A stretch of DNA of 64,000 bases from Eledone cirrhosa. Taxonomy: Eukaryota. Shown piece after piece: positions 1 to 18,304 of this stretch. The stretch's first letter is position 1, and each line of letters opens with the position of its first letter. Location of the stretch: positions 401,326,001-401,390,000 of the forward strand of contig OZ024741.1 in the NCBI GenBank assembly GCA_964016885.1. The letters run 5' to 3'. The notes beneath the pieces were generated by a model. That model was not told the DNA's origin and made no database searches. It saw nothing but the letters and a program-made list of their open reading frames with translations. Both the position numbers and the translations under genes were made by a program.

Positions 1-844
<844 letters not shown>

Positions 845-846
<2 letters not shown>

Positions 847-2828
847 TCATCATCATCATTTTACGTCCGCTTTTCCCTGCTTGCAAGGGTGGGACGGGTC
901 TTATTCAGCACAGCATCTCTCCACTCGTCACGGTCCCTCGTCATCTCCACCGTGAGCTTCAATGATCTGAGGTCTGTTCTCACCACCTCCGCCCATGTTT
1001 TTCGTGGTCTACCTGTACTACGTCTTCCTTCAACTGGCAATTCCTGGCACTTCTTCACCCATCGGTCATCCTCCATGCGCATCACATGTCCATACCACCT
1101 CAGTCTCCTCTCCCGTACACTACATTCTATCCCTCTCAGACACAGTTTCTCTCTCAACACATTTATGCTGGGTCGTTCACGCACATTTACACTGCACATC
1201 CAACGGAGCATGCTTGCCTCATTTCTCTCCAGCCGTCGCATATCCTCTGCAGTTGCTGCCCATGTCTCACTACCATGCAGCATCGCGCTCCTCACACAGA
1301 CATCATACAACCGGCCTTTCGTACGCAGGGAGAAACCCTTCTTCGTCAACAGAGGAAGCAGCTCCCTAAACTTCTTCCAACCCGTCCTTATTCTAGATAC
1401 TATGGCCTCGGAACACCCTCCTCCCATGCTAATCTGATCTCCTAGGTACCGGAAGCTATCCACCACTTCTATAGCGCCCTCTTGCATTTGAAAAATGTGT
1501 CTATCAGTGCGACTTCTACTGTCTAATTTCCCTGTACATCTACTGCATACATATTTCTCCCTACCTGTTAGTTTGCCTGCTATCCCGCTACATCTCTTGT
1601 GTACTCAGGATATGCATTGTGTGCATTTTATAGAATTTATGCCAGTTCCTTTTCTGCATATCGAACATGGCCATTTCCCTCACGGAATCAGGGTTTTGTC
1701 CTCTTTTCTACTCATCAACACTTTTGTCTTAGCTAGATTCACTCTCAGTCCTCTTGCTTCCAACTGCTGTTTCCATAGCCAGAATTTATTCTCTAGCTCC
1801 TCTACTGATTCTGCTATAAGAACGAGATCGTCAGCATAGAGAAGTTCCCATGGACAGCCAGTCTTAAACTCCTCTGTTATGGCTTGGAGGACTATAATGA
1901 ACAAGATCGGACTGAAGACCAAACCCTGATGTGCTCCTACTTGTATCTGGAATTCCTCACAAAACTCCATTCCTACCCTGACTTTACTGAGAGTACCTCT
2001 GTACAAAGTTTGCACTGTCCTCACAAGCCATTCCTCAACACCTAGCTTCCTTAGGGACCACCAGATGACAGATCGGGGTATCCTATCAAAGGCCTTCTCT
2101 AGGTCAACAAAGGCTAAGTATAGTGGCTTATTCTTCTCTAAGAACCTCTCTTGCAATTGTCTCACCAAGAAGAGGGCATCTGTTGTACTCTTCCCAGGCA
2201 CAAAACCAAACTGCATCTCATCTAGTTTGACCCTTTCTCTAATTAGTTGTGCTAAAATCCTTTCTGCCACTTTCATAACCTGATCTATCAGTTTTATACC
2301 CCTATAATTGCTCCTCTCCAAAGCATCCCCTTTACCTTTGTAGCAATTTATGAGAATACTGCTGCACCAGTCTTTGGGTATGACACCACCACATATAGTC
2401 TGATTGATGATGCGTGCAACCAGTTTAGTGCCTACGTCCCCTGATGCCTTCAGCATCTCAGCAACTATTTCCGATGGTCCGGCAGCCTTACCATTTTTCA
2501 TTTCCCTAATCGCCTCTTGGACCCTATATTCGTCAATCTCAATAGCTGGTCCCTCTGTCGGATTCACCAAGGGTAATTTCTCTCTCTCCCATTCATTCTC
2601 CACATTCATCAGTCTCTCATAATGACATTTCCAGGCCTCCTTTTTCTGGTCATTCATGACACCAAGTACACCGGCATCATCCCGGACACATTTATCTCCA
2701 ACAACATCCTGATTTGCATTGACACACTGCCTTGCAATGTGGAACACCGCACGCCTCTGATCTTCCCGTCGCAGAACATTGGCAAACCTCCTACTCTCTG
2801 CCTCCCAGCGTGCTAAGTACACCTGACG
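845..2828 (-). mobile_element. 5'-truncated RTE-clade LINE (RT pseudogene with PHD-like Cys/His insert) inserted in (TA)n
   Basis: ORF pieces carry [32 protein letters not shown] and [15 protein letters not shown]. 1500-1680 encodes GKWPCSICRKG..IKCTQC..HKRC with in-frame stops. The 3' tail is (GAT)n at 845-858. Confidence 0.9.
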
Positions 2829-2834
2829 TATATG

Positions 2835-5500
<2,666 letters not shown>

Positions 5501-5695
5501 CTATTAATTATACTATTTATGGTTATGCAAATACAAAAACCTTTTGCAGTTATATATATTTTTATAAACCATAAATAGTGGTAGGCAGTAATATATTACT
5601 ACCTTATTACCAGTAAGTTAAATAGCTCAATGTAATAACATCAGATGATTTACAGAGCAGTTATATGAATCAAAGAACTGTTCAAAACATTTTTA

Positions 5696-5742
5696 TGCTT
5701 ACAACTGTTTCCTCCAAACCGAGGTTTGAATTCTTCGGAGCA
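5696..5742 (-). ncRNA. Hammerhead ribozyme motif, CCGAAGA (U4C) core
   Basis: Reverse complement reads TGCT-CCGAAGA-ATTCAAAC CTCG GTTTGGAG-GAAAC AGTT GTA-AGCA. Confidence 0.65.
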
Positions 5743-8528
5743 ATTTATTATTGAATGAACACTTATATGACCTCCTTTTCACCCAAGAGACATACATATA
5801 CATATGCAAATATTGTGGGTCAACATTCATTATAGCATTTAGTGTGGCAGTACACATTTAGAGATTACATTCATATTAAAAGATACAATCAAAAATACAA
5901 TCAAAAATACAGGTTAAAATACAACATGAAATTAAGCGGTTATAGAGTGCAAAGGTTATATGTGTGGCAAGCACGTGCGTCTTGTTTATATAGTGTGGCA
6001 GAGAGTTACGTGTAATAGAAGCACTGAAGCAGGTAATCGAGAGTGTTAAGGTGGTTGATCTGGTGATGAATTCTTTATATGATTGTTATAGCCTGTGTGT
6101 GGAGAAATAATATAAGTATTAAAAATAGTGTAAGCATTAAAAATATTGGAAATGCGTAGCGAAGCGATGATATGGATTTCATGCACTGCGACATTTTCAT
6201 AGTCTGGGGAGCGTATTTTTCAGATTATATGCCTCTCACATAATCCACGACGGTTCGATATTGGGCGTTTTGACAATCTAGTTAGAGAATCGTAGTCTGA
6301 TGTTCTTTAGTTCAATACAGGAGGGTGTTACGTTGCGGGAATCGACATCGAAATACTACCCGAAAGTGTGTGTGTGGCTAAGGGGAGTTAATGCATGAGG
6401 GGAGGTAAATCAGTGGTTTTCTATTACTAACTATTAAATTGTGTCTCAAAATAGACCCTAACTTATATGGTTATGCGTAGTTTCTACAAAATTTCTAAAA
6501 ATTTAAAGTGTTTTAACTATAGAGTAGTCTATTAAGTTGTGCTGAAGGTGTTCTTATTATGGTGCTTAATCCCTATCGTAGAGTGCCACAAATGAATATT
6601 ATACACGACGAGCGAGAATTCTAAATTAATGATCTCTGTGATTGCAGTCTACTCAAAGTAATAGAAGCAACACCTTCTTAAACAAACTTAACACCTCTAT
6701 TAATGAATTCAAAACTAGTAATAAAATTATTGTACACGCAGATAAAACTAATAACATATACAGCCTAGATTATAATACTTATAGAAAGTTTATATATAAT
6801 GAACTACATAAAAGCTACAAGAAAACTACTTTGAAAAACTTAGAGGATATTAATATAGAGGGATATAATATAGTGTCTAAACTAGGACTTCAGAGGCATA
6901 CACAACCATACACCCCAAACCCCCCTAGATTCTCTCTGGAGGATCATAAGGAGGGCTTCATTAGCAACCCCTCGATTAGACTTATCTGCCCTTCCAAGTC
7001 CGACATTGGTATTATCAGCAAGAAAATTTTAGATAAAATCATCCCACAAATTAAACACAAGATACACCTTAAACAATGGGGAAATACGGGTGAGGTTATT
7101 GAATGGTTCAAAGATATCAAGAATAATAAGGACAAAAAATTTATTCAATTTGATATCAATTCATACTACACCTCTATTTCCCCTATCCTATTAAATAAGG
7201 CACTAATCATGGCCATGAACGATAGCGACCTGACTAGAGCCCAGATTGATGTTATCCTTGCTGCCCGTAAAACCATAATCACCTTCGAGGACCAACTATG
7301 GACCCGCAAGGATACGCACAACAACTTCGACATAACCATGGGATCTAGTGACTCGGCGCAGGTCACTAATTTGGTCGGCCTATACCTACTTAATGAAATC
7401 CATATGGACCTCCCATACATCAACGGTGGTTTGTACCGCGATGATGCACTTCTACTTATAGAATATAATAAATTCAATATAGAAAGAACTAGAAAACTAT
7501 TGCACAAGACATTCAAAAACTTTAACCTTAGTATCACCATGGACAAAAACACTAAAAATGTTAACTTCCTAGACGCCACACTATACCTAGACTCAAAAAT
7601 ATATACACCTTTCCATAAGCCTAACGAAAAACTAATTTACGTGGATACCAAGTCTAATCACACTAGATCAATATTAAACTCTATCTCTAAGGGGGTATCC
7701 AATAGAATCTCTAATCTATCCTATGACGCAAACATATTTAGCAAAAACTCACAATATTATAATCAAGCATTAGCTAGATCCGGCCATAATATAGAGATTG
7801 AGTTCCTACCTAAGAAAACACATAGCTACAACATCATCTCGCACAATATGTCCATGAGGAAACCTAGTAATATGAATAGCAACCACACGTACACTAAAGC
7901 GGAGGGTGCCACCAAAAGTAACCATTACCACGGAAACTACCGTAATACCTTAGGAAGAAACAACACACCAGACACTAAAAACAAAAATAGAAGAAATAAT
8001 ACATTTTTCAACCCTCCTTTCAACCTAAATGTCTCCACCAACATACCTAGGGCTTTCTTCTCACTACTAGATAAAAACTTCCCTCTAGGACACAAGTACC
8101 ATAACGTTTTAAACAAAAATACTATTAAAATCTCATACTCTACGACGCCTAACTTAGCATACCACATAGCTAGCAGCAATAAAAGTAAAATTAATTCTTA
8201 CTTCCAACAAACGAAATCACAACAGGAGGTAAACCTTCTAAATACCTCTGTAGCAAGCAACCATAATAACGGCAGTAATAATAGAAATAACACCGGGGTC
8301 GACAACCCGAATGTCCAAAATCCTATAACTACCACCTGGACTTCTGCACTGCATTATAACCAGCAGACTAACACCCAGGATAATTGTAACTGTAGAGCTA
8401 ATAGAACCTGCCCTTTAGATAAAAAATGCCTAACCAAGGATATCATATACTCATGCACCGTCACAACTAGCAACTCTTCAGAAACCTGTATTTTTTATTG
8501 TATTTTAAGTGTTCATTCAATAATAAAT

Positions 8529-8575
8529 TGCTCCGAAGAATTCAAACCTCGGTTTGGAGGAAACAGTTGTAAGCA
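8529..8575 (+). ncRNA. Hammerhead ribozyme motif, CCGAAGA (U4C) core
   Basis: TGCT-CCGAAGA-ATTCAAAC CTCG GTTTGGAG-GAAAC AGTT GTA-AGCA, in the 3' pLTR of Naiad copy A. Confidence 0.65.
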
Positions 8576-8622
8576 TAAAAATGTTTTGAACAGTTCTTTG
8601 ATTCTTATAATTCATATAATTC

Positions 8623-8709
<87 letters not shown>

Positions 8710-8710
8710 A

Positions 8711-8793
<83 letters not shown>

Positions 8794-8801
8794 TATATAT
8801 G

Positions 8802-8850
<49 letters not shown>

Positions 8851-9140
8851 GTGAATCATTGAGCACTTGCCACACATCTCGAAGGTTGTTTTTCGTTATT
8901 TCGTGGGCCGAAATGCGATTCTCGATAATTTATATTTGTATATATATATGTATGTAGATAAATCTACCAAAATATACGGTAGTGTCCAATCCGTATGAAG
9001 AACTCAATGTAATCCAAATATCATGAAAAGAGAAGATGTATTCAAAATTTTTTCAATGAAAAACACAAGAAAACAGAGTCAAGATAAATTAATAAAAATA
9101 ATGAATAAAAACAAAGAAACAGTTCCTTATATTAAAAAAT

Positions 9141-9280
9141 TCATCATTTTACGATCGTTTCTAGGATATATATATGTGTGTGTTGGTATGTATATCATAT
9201 AGATCTATGTAAAGTTTTTACAAACTATCAGAGGGAATATACATACCTACACATATATATGCTGTCTTCAGAAATAATGA
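9141..9280 (-). ncRNA. Hammerhead ribozyme motif with ~100-nt stem II (inverted copy)
   Basis: Reverse complement of 10350-10491. Confidence 0.6.
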
Positions 9281-10349
9281 TATTTGTTTATTGAATTAGT
9301 AATTAAATTAGTTAACCTATAATTAATATTCTACTACTAATGAACTGCATAATTTTATTTCCCATGTACAGCTATCTTTTCCTAAAATTTATACCAATAA
9401 GTATACATATAAACTATTTTAATTTCAGGTTATGAATCTATATTCCTTATAATCTATATAAATTAGTTATTTCTCACTAATACATTTATCCCCCCCCCCC
9501 CCATTATTATTATTATTTTTTTTTTCCCTTAGTTTTTAACAACATTCTTCAATTACATCTAACTCTTATTTATCATATCTATATGAATTAATATAAATTT
9601 TTCAATATAAATATACCTATCAATTTAATTAATTAGTTAACCTATAATTAGTTAACCCATAATTAATATTCTACTACTAATGAACTGCATAATTTTATTT
9701 CCCTTTTACAGCTATCTTTTCCTAAAATTTATACCAATAAGTATACATATAAACTATTTTAATTTCAGGTTATGAATCTATATTCCTTATAATCTATATA
9801 AATTAGTTATTTCTCACTAATACATTTATCCCCCCCCCCCCCAAATTTTTTTTTTCCCCCTTAGTTTTTAACAACATTCTTCAATTACATCTAACTCTTA
9901 TTTATCATATCTATATGAATTAATATAAATTTATCCCTATAAATATACCTATCAATTTAATTAATTTATTTTCTTTTTATAGATGTAAATTCCTTATGTT
10001 TTAAATAAGATTGATATTTTTCACTAATACATTTATCGTAAAATTTTATTCTCCTTAGATTTTTACATTAGCATTATTCTTTTATAACATCAAATTTTCG
10101 TGTACCTTTTACCGACTTGACCTATTTTCATCCCCAAAGTAATATTTTCATCCAAAATACTCTTTCCATTCAAAGCTGAAGTCTGCTTTCCTCTACCCCT
10201 AAATTAAAGTTCCATTACTACTATTCTACCATCTTGACCACTTACTACCTTTCTATTGGTCAAAACCTGTTCCCAAACCTGTTCCCAAACCTGTTCCCAA
10301 ACAGACCTATTATATTAAATCTTTGTTGGTTTTTTTCAATAAACAAATA

Positions 10350-10491
10350 TCATTATTTCTGAAGACAGCATATATATGTGTAGGTATGTATATTCCCTCT
10401 GATAGTTTGTAAAAACTTTACATAGATCTATATGATATACATACCAACACACACACATATATATATCCTAGAAACGATCGTAAAATGATGA
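10350..10491 (+). ncRNA. Hammerhead ribozyme motif with 105-nt stem II
   Basis: Stem I TCATTATTT/AAATGATGA; CTGAAGA at 10359-10365; long hairpin 10366-10470; GAAAC GATC GTA. Confidence 0.6.
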
Positions 10492-10695
10492 ATTTTTTAA
10501 TATAAGGAACTGTTTCTTTGTTTTTATTCATTATTTTTTATTAATTTATATATATACATATATGTATCTGTAGGAGGTGAGTTTTATTGTAGTACAATAA
10601 AGCAATGCAGATATCGGATAAGTAGCACTCTACAGTTTGTAGAACTGGAGTATAAATAATATATAAGATCAAAAGATGGTTAAAAGAGTTCCATC

Positions 10696-10766
10696 TATTT
10701 TATTATGCGCATTTCAAAAACAAATATCATCATGCGATGACATTTGCGTTTTCGTCAGATAAAATA
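10696..10766 (-). ncRNA. Hammerhead ribozyme motif (inverted pLTR copy)
   Basis: Reverse complement of 14396-14466. Confidence 0.75.
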
Positions 10767-13700
10767 GGGAGACATGATATGAAGGTTAAAAAAAACACTT
10801 GTAAATAGTGCAGTTTTAAATCAACATATGAAAAGTAATTTTAGATTGATGTGTGATATTGGGGAAAAAATTGATACTCCAGTCCTATAAACTGTAGAGT
10901 GCTACTTATCCGATATCTGCATTGCTTTATTGTACTACAATAAAACTCACCTCCTACATTAACATGCTCCTTAACGGTTGAGCGCTAACTCTCATATTGG
11001 ATACCTTTTGATGGTCCTTCACTTTTTCTTCTACAACATGGATTATTACAACATAACCACTTCAACTAAAGACATTCCTATACCTGGTAAATCTGAATTC
11101 ACCAAACTTCTAATTGAAAAAACTGACTCCTTTATGAGAAGGCTTAGATGGATAGCTTTTTTCTATGACCAGCGCCTAAAAGGGAACTTCTATACCAAGG
11201 AAAATAACTTTCTCGATCATTTATTTAATTCTAGAAGAAATCCTCCTTCCAACAAAAATCTAGTGCAATTCGAGGAGGAGTTAACTAACATTATAAAAAA
11301 TCTTAAATTCAAGAGAAACCCTTACAGAGGACAAGAGCACCCTGTAAATCTCAAGAACACGATTTTAAACCTAAATTCCTCAAAAAATGTTTTAGTCCAC
11401 TCCGACAAAACAAATAATTTATATGGTATTTCTAAGGATAACTATAACAACCTTATCCTTAAGGAACTTAGGAAAAAATATCGCAAAACCAACCATGATA
11501 ATTTAGAATCCATAAACTTTGAAGCTTCTGAGATTATGTCAAAACTTGGCATCGGAAAAAAGACCGAACCATTCCTCCCAAGAACTCCGAGGATAAATCT
11601 CAAGGATCACAAAAACAACTTTCGTACTGAACTACCTGTTAGACTAATCGCCCCCTCTAAATCAGATCTGGGGGTTGTTAGCAAAGCCATCTTGGATAGA
11701 ATTATCCCACAGGTTCGTTCTAATTGCTCTACTTCGAACTTAAATTTATGGTTTGGTACTTCTGAAGTGATTGGCTGGTTCAACAAATTGAATAAGAAAA
11801 ACAAACAAAAATGTATTCAATTTGATATTGCCAGCTATTATTCTTCTATTTCGCCCTCACTTCTCAACAATGCTCTATCTTTGGCTTACAAATATTCAGA
11901 CATCACCACAGATGAACTTCACATCATTCTCACCGCATGTAAAACCATCCTAGAGTTCAACAATTAATATTGGACCAGAGCTGATACCCCTAACAACTTT
12001 GACATCACAATGGGATCATCCGATTAATCCCAATTGACAGATTTAATTGGTATCTTTATTTTAAAAATTGAATTTGATAACAACATCAAACTAGCTAATT
12101 TCTTGGATGTATCTCTTAATCTTGCCACTGGCCTATATTACCCTTACCATAAAAACATTGAGAATCTAAATTATGTTAATGTTAAATCTAACCACCCCAC
12201 TAATATTAAGAATGCTATAGTTATTAATATTGGAAAAAGAATATCTAACCTATCATCTAATAAAAACATCTTTGATGCTAACGCCAATTACTATAATAAC
12301 GCGCTTTCTAAAGCCGGTTATCCTGATAAAATCAAATATAATAAAGAAACAAATTCTAGAAGATCTTACAGTAGAATAATTAATCATGATCATTCCAATA
12401 ACTTTAATAAAAGACCTAGATACAAAAACATAATCTGGTATAATGCTCCTTTCTCCATCTCTATTAATAATAATATTCCTAAATTATTCTTTAGTGCCTC
12501 ACATATCTATATTCCTAAATTATTCTTTAGTGCCTCACATATCTATAGTAAAATATTTAACAAACACACTATAAAATTTTCCTATTCGACCTCCTCCAAC
12601 ATCTCCAACATTATCTCTAAACACAACAATAAAATACTAAATACTAAATCTCTTCCTTCCAACACTGAATATCATAATAATAGTAATAGTACTCCCGACG
12701 TCATTGTTAACTCTAGGCTAATTTCTGCAAACCCAAATACGTCAAACGCAACTTCGTTAAATGTTCTTAATCCCAATCTAAATCAAGAAACTATTATTCC
12801 TATCGTAAATAACTTCTCCAATCCAATTCCTTCTATAGATAACACTAGGTCACTTGTTAATAACTCTGTTAATTTCTCTAATCGCAATTGTAATTGCCCT
12901 GTTAAAAATAAATGTCCTCTCAACAACCATTGTCTTGAAAAAAACTTAATCTATGAATGTAAAGTTATAACTGACACCAATTCCTTTACCTATTTTGGCT
13001 CCACTTCCACCTCCTTTAAAGCTCGTCTTTATAATCATCATTCGTCTTTTAAATACCAACTTAAAAGAACCAACACGGCACTCTCAGAACTCATATGGTC
13101 CTTGAAAGACAAAAATATTAACTATAACATCTCTTGGAGGAAGGTTTGTTCTGCTTCTCCATACTTGAATGCCTCTCTATCCAAGACATGTAATCTCTGT
13201 TTATGTGAGAAATTTACCATTATATCTAATTTAGATTCTATAATAAATAGACGCACTGACTTGTTTTCTCTCTGCTTGCATAAATTCCACAGAACATTCC
13301 ATAAAGTATACAGCTAATATCTAATACTTTACCAATTTAAAATTCTTTTTCTCAAAGGCACATATATATATACATATATATTTCTTTAAAAATATACCCA
13401 TCTTTAAACCTTATTTCAATGTTATTTATTATACATTATATAATACTAGTAACTCATTCTATATCACTCCTATTTATCACTTCCCTTTCTTCCTTTTTTT
13501 CCTTTTCTTTTAATTTCTAACCTCTACTCTGTACCTTGTCTTCCTAGATACTTCTCAATTCTCATTATTACTCACCACAATATATCCACTCTTCCTTCTT
13601 CCATCCTATCACTGGCCATAAAATTTACTATTACCCTTTTAAATACTTTATAGTATCACCTTGAAAAATCTTTCGTAAACATAAACATTTTTTTTGACGT

Positions 13701-14107
13701 TAGATTATTCATCCTCAATTCATTATTTTTTTCTCCCTTTCATGCTCATCTAACTTCTACATATTACACATATTCATCCACTCTTCTACTTCTTTTCACA
13801 ATATATCCTTAATTACATTACTATTTTTATATTTTTTTTAATAATACATATCAACAATTTCTTTCCATCGCACATATTATTAAACCCGTCAATATTCAAA
13901 CCTTAACTTAATATTATTCTTAATACATATTAACAATTTCTTTTCATCGCACATATTATTAAACCCTTCAATATACAAACCTTAATTTAACATTATTCTT
14001 AAATTTTTCTCTTCGTTAATTTTCAAATTCTTTTAATTTATATATTATCTTCCAACGGTTTTTTGATCTCTCTCTGTAAAACAATATATTTTTCTCGGTT
14101 ATAAAAG

Positions 14108-14109
<2 letters not shown>

Positions 14110-14185
<76 letters not shown>
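14110..14185. repeat. (CT)n microsatellite in PLE 3' UTR
   Basis: Directly visible. Confidence 0.95.
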
Positions 14186-14189
<4 letters not shown>

Positions 14190-14395
14190 CTCATCTCTCC
14201 TCCTATCTCATCCTTCCTTATTATACTCCACCCCCTCCATTCTTTACTCTCATCTCATCCTCTTTTTCATCCTTTCCACCACCCCCTTCAATTTTTTTTC
14301 CCAATATCACACATCAATCTAAAACAACTTTTCATATGTTGATTTAAAACTGCACTATTTACAAGTGTTTTTTTAACCTTCACATCATGTCTCCC

Positions 14396-14466
14396 TATTT
14401 TATCTGACGAAAACGCAAATGTCATCGCATGATGATATTTGTTTTTGAAATGCGCATAATAAAATA
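14396..14466 (+). ncRNA. Type-I hammerhead ribozyme, canonical CUGACGA core
   Basis: Stem I TATTTTAT/ATAAAATA; CTGACGA; stem II includes CAAATGTCATC-GCAT-GATGATATTTG; GAAA; palindromic stem III ATGCGCAT; AUA cleavage triplet. Confidence 0.8.
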
Positions 14467-14521
14467 CGTGGAACTCTTTTAACCATCTTTTGATCTTATA
14501 TATTATATATATATATATATA

Positions 14522-14573
14522 TCGGTGCCCCAGCATGGCCTCAGCCGGATGGCTGAAACAGGTAAAAGAGTAA
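14522..14573 (+). mobile_element. ~50-bp retroposon 3'-end fragment in (TA)n
   Basis: CGGTGCCCCAGCATGGCCTCAGCCGGATGGCTGAAACAGGTAAAAGAGTAA; identical in reverse orientation at 31602-31652. Polarity and SINE origin are inferred. Confidence 0.55.
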
Positions 14574-14652
<79 letters not shown>

Positions 14653-14869
14653 GTATATATATATATAGAGAGAGAGAAATAGTATATTTACCAACATATG
14701 CGTACAGATGCACACTAATGCTAGCAAATACATAAGTTATGTCATAGTACCTAGGTGGTTCAATGCAGGAGGATGCAGAATTATATGAAGGACGTAAAAT
14801 AAGAAAATTTTAAAAATTAAAATTTTAGTAAGTTGATTTTTAATTTTTAAAATTTTCTTATTTTACGTC

Positions 14870-14960
<91 letters not shown>

Positions 14961-14974
14961 TATATATATATATG

Positions 14975-15008
<34 letters not shown>

Positions 15009-15012
15009 TATA

Positions 15013-16120
15013 TTTATAAAAATAGACAAAGAAGCCTTCAATACATCAAACGTCTTTATGTTTCGTCACATTAATAAGGACTCATCAGGGCAATTAAACA
15101 GATAAGAAGCATTAATGGCCAGAACAATCCAAATCTCAGAAGAATAGGGAATTCATATCCATGAAACCTTATGAGAGATATGAAGGAAAAGCATGCTAAA
15201 GCTAAAAGTGTGCAGTTACAAATATATCAGACATAATGTCTGATATTTAAGGTACTGTTTTGTTATATTTTGTAATATTTTGTAATATTTTATGAATGTA
15301 AACTGCATATACCCCTATATACTTATTATCAATACTTTATGTATTTATGTATTTATGTATATATATATTTTTTCAACATACTCCAGTTTTATTATGATAT
15401 TTTTTCTTGCCCTGTGTAAAACTTTATATACAACTTGTTGACATTAAGTGATATGTTTGATGTAGTTTAGTATATTTTTGATGTCAGTATATTATTCTAT
15501 TATTTCTTGTATAGCTTATTTTTTGTATAGTTTATTTTTTGTATAGTTTATGCGCACCGTCAGGGTGATTTTTATATTATAAAGAGTATATTTATACTTA
15601 TTAGTGTTAGTATGTGTTTGTGTAAATGTGTATATATATGGATATATATATATATATACATATATTAAGCTTTATATTTCTTATTACCCATTATATTGTA
15701 TTGTAATTCTCATATTATATTACCATGTTGTATTTAATGTATTTGTATTATACTGTAATTTCAACGTTGGTTTGACATTTTACTCACTTTCTTGCCCTAT
15801 AGTTGTAACTGCACACTTTTAGCTTTAGCATGCTTTTCCTTCATATCTCTCATAAGCTTTCATGGATATGAATTCCCTATTCTTCTGAGTTTGGGATTGT
15901 TCTGGCCGTTAATGCTTCTTATCTGTTTAATTGCCCTGATGAGTCCTTATTAATGGGACGAAACATTGTAGGCTAATAAAGACTTTTGATGTATTGAAGG
16001 CTTCTTTGTCTATTTTTATAATTTTTCGGCTCTGTTGTATTACATTGAGCTATATCCTATACTGTCATTTCTATAATACGACGAGTGTGTTTTACTCCAA
16101 CGCACTCTAGTATTTTAATT
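15013..16120 (+). mobile_element. Non-coding PLE remnant with inverted pLTR arms (~15013-15222 and ~15803-16020)
   Basis: The arms are reverse complements. The right arm has an intact HHR; the left arm HHR (15058-15092) lacks the cleavage site through a small deletion. Flanked by (TA)n. Confidence 0.75.
15933..15973 (+). ncRNA. Minimal type-I hammerhead ribozyme, canonical core
   Basis: GCC-CTGATGA-GTCCT TATTAAT GGGAC-GAAAC ATT GTA-GGC. Confidence 0.85.
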
Positions 16121-16150
16121 CTTATATATATATGTATATATATATATATA

Positions 16151-17229
<1,079 letters not shown>

Positions 17230-17639
17230 CCATAAATCATGTCTATAGAATCATCAGATATTAAAATATATACTATTTCTTCTTCTAATTAGCATAATTA
17301 ACCATATACAAAATCAAATCTAGCAAGCTTTAAGAATAAATATTCTTATGGGGAAATCTCCGACAAACAATTGATCGTAGCCTCTTCGCGGCATCCCCGT
17401 TCCATTATTTATCCAACATTTCGGCAGCATGCAGAATCCGACCAAATATACCATCAACCACACACAATTAGTAGTAAAATTAAACTTAGAAGAAATGCGC
17501 ACATACCGTAATTATATCTCTACCATGGTTTCTCCCTTATTTAGGACATCCAAATGATTTTAATTTATTAATTCTTCATTGAGCTTAAAAGTGAACAGTT
17601 GCAACATATATATATCTTTAATTTTATGTATATGATGAC

Positions 17640-18300
<661 letters not shown>

Positions 18301-18304
<4 letters not shown>

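Larger units (their letters stand above)
5501..8625 (+). mobile_element. Naiad-type PLE copy A: inverted 3' segment (5501-~6645), 5'-truncated RT ORF, GIY-YIG deleted
   Basis: ORF 6642-~8480 has [45 protein letters not shown] and CNCR..CPL..CL. At ~8485 it jumps to 3' UTR sequence that is the reverse complement of 5660-5765. Confidence 0.85.
8950..10548. mobile_element. Non-coding PLE remnant with inverted pLTR arms (~9085-9297 and ~10333-10548) and an internal ~340-bp tandem duplication
   Basis: The arms are reverse complements and each carries an HHR. ~9306-9640 repeats at ~9646-9965. AAACCTGTTCCC occurs three times at ~10263-10300. Flanked by (TA)n. Confidence 0.75.
10570..14505 (+). mobile_element. 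Naiad-type PLE copy B (defective) with inverted 5' pLTR
   Basis: ORFs 10978-11967 and 12034-13317 have STKDIPIP, FMRRLRWIAFF, DKTNNLY, IQFDI, CNC..CPL..CL, IYEC..YFG and CNLCLCEK..CLH. There are TAA stops and the YRDD segment is deleted near 12060. 10570-10873 is an inverted copy of the terminus. Confidence 0.9.

Noticed and set aside
10978-13317. Selenocysteine read-through as in some Naiads
   Set aside because: The interrupting stops are TAA and the YRDD region is deleted, so this is a dead copy.
17230-17640. Possible additional host exon (also 30670-31310)
   Set aside because: No VWD-like frame with compatible splice sites was found by eye; left unassigned.
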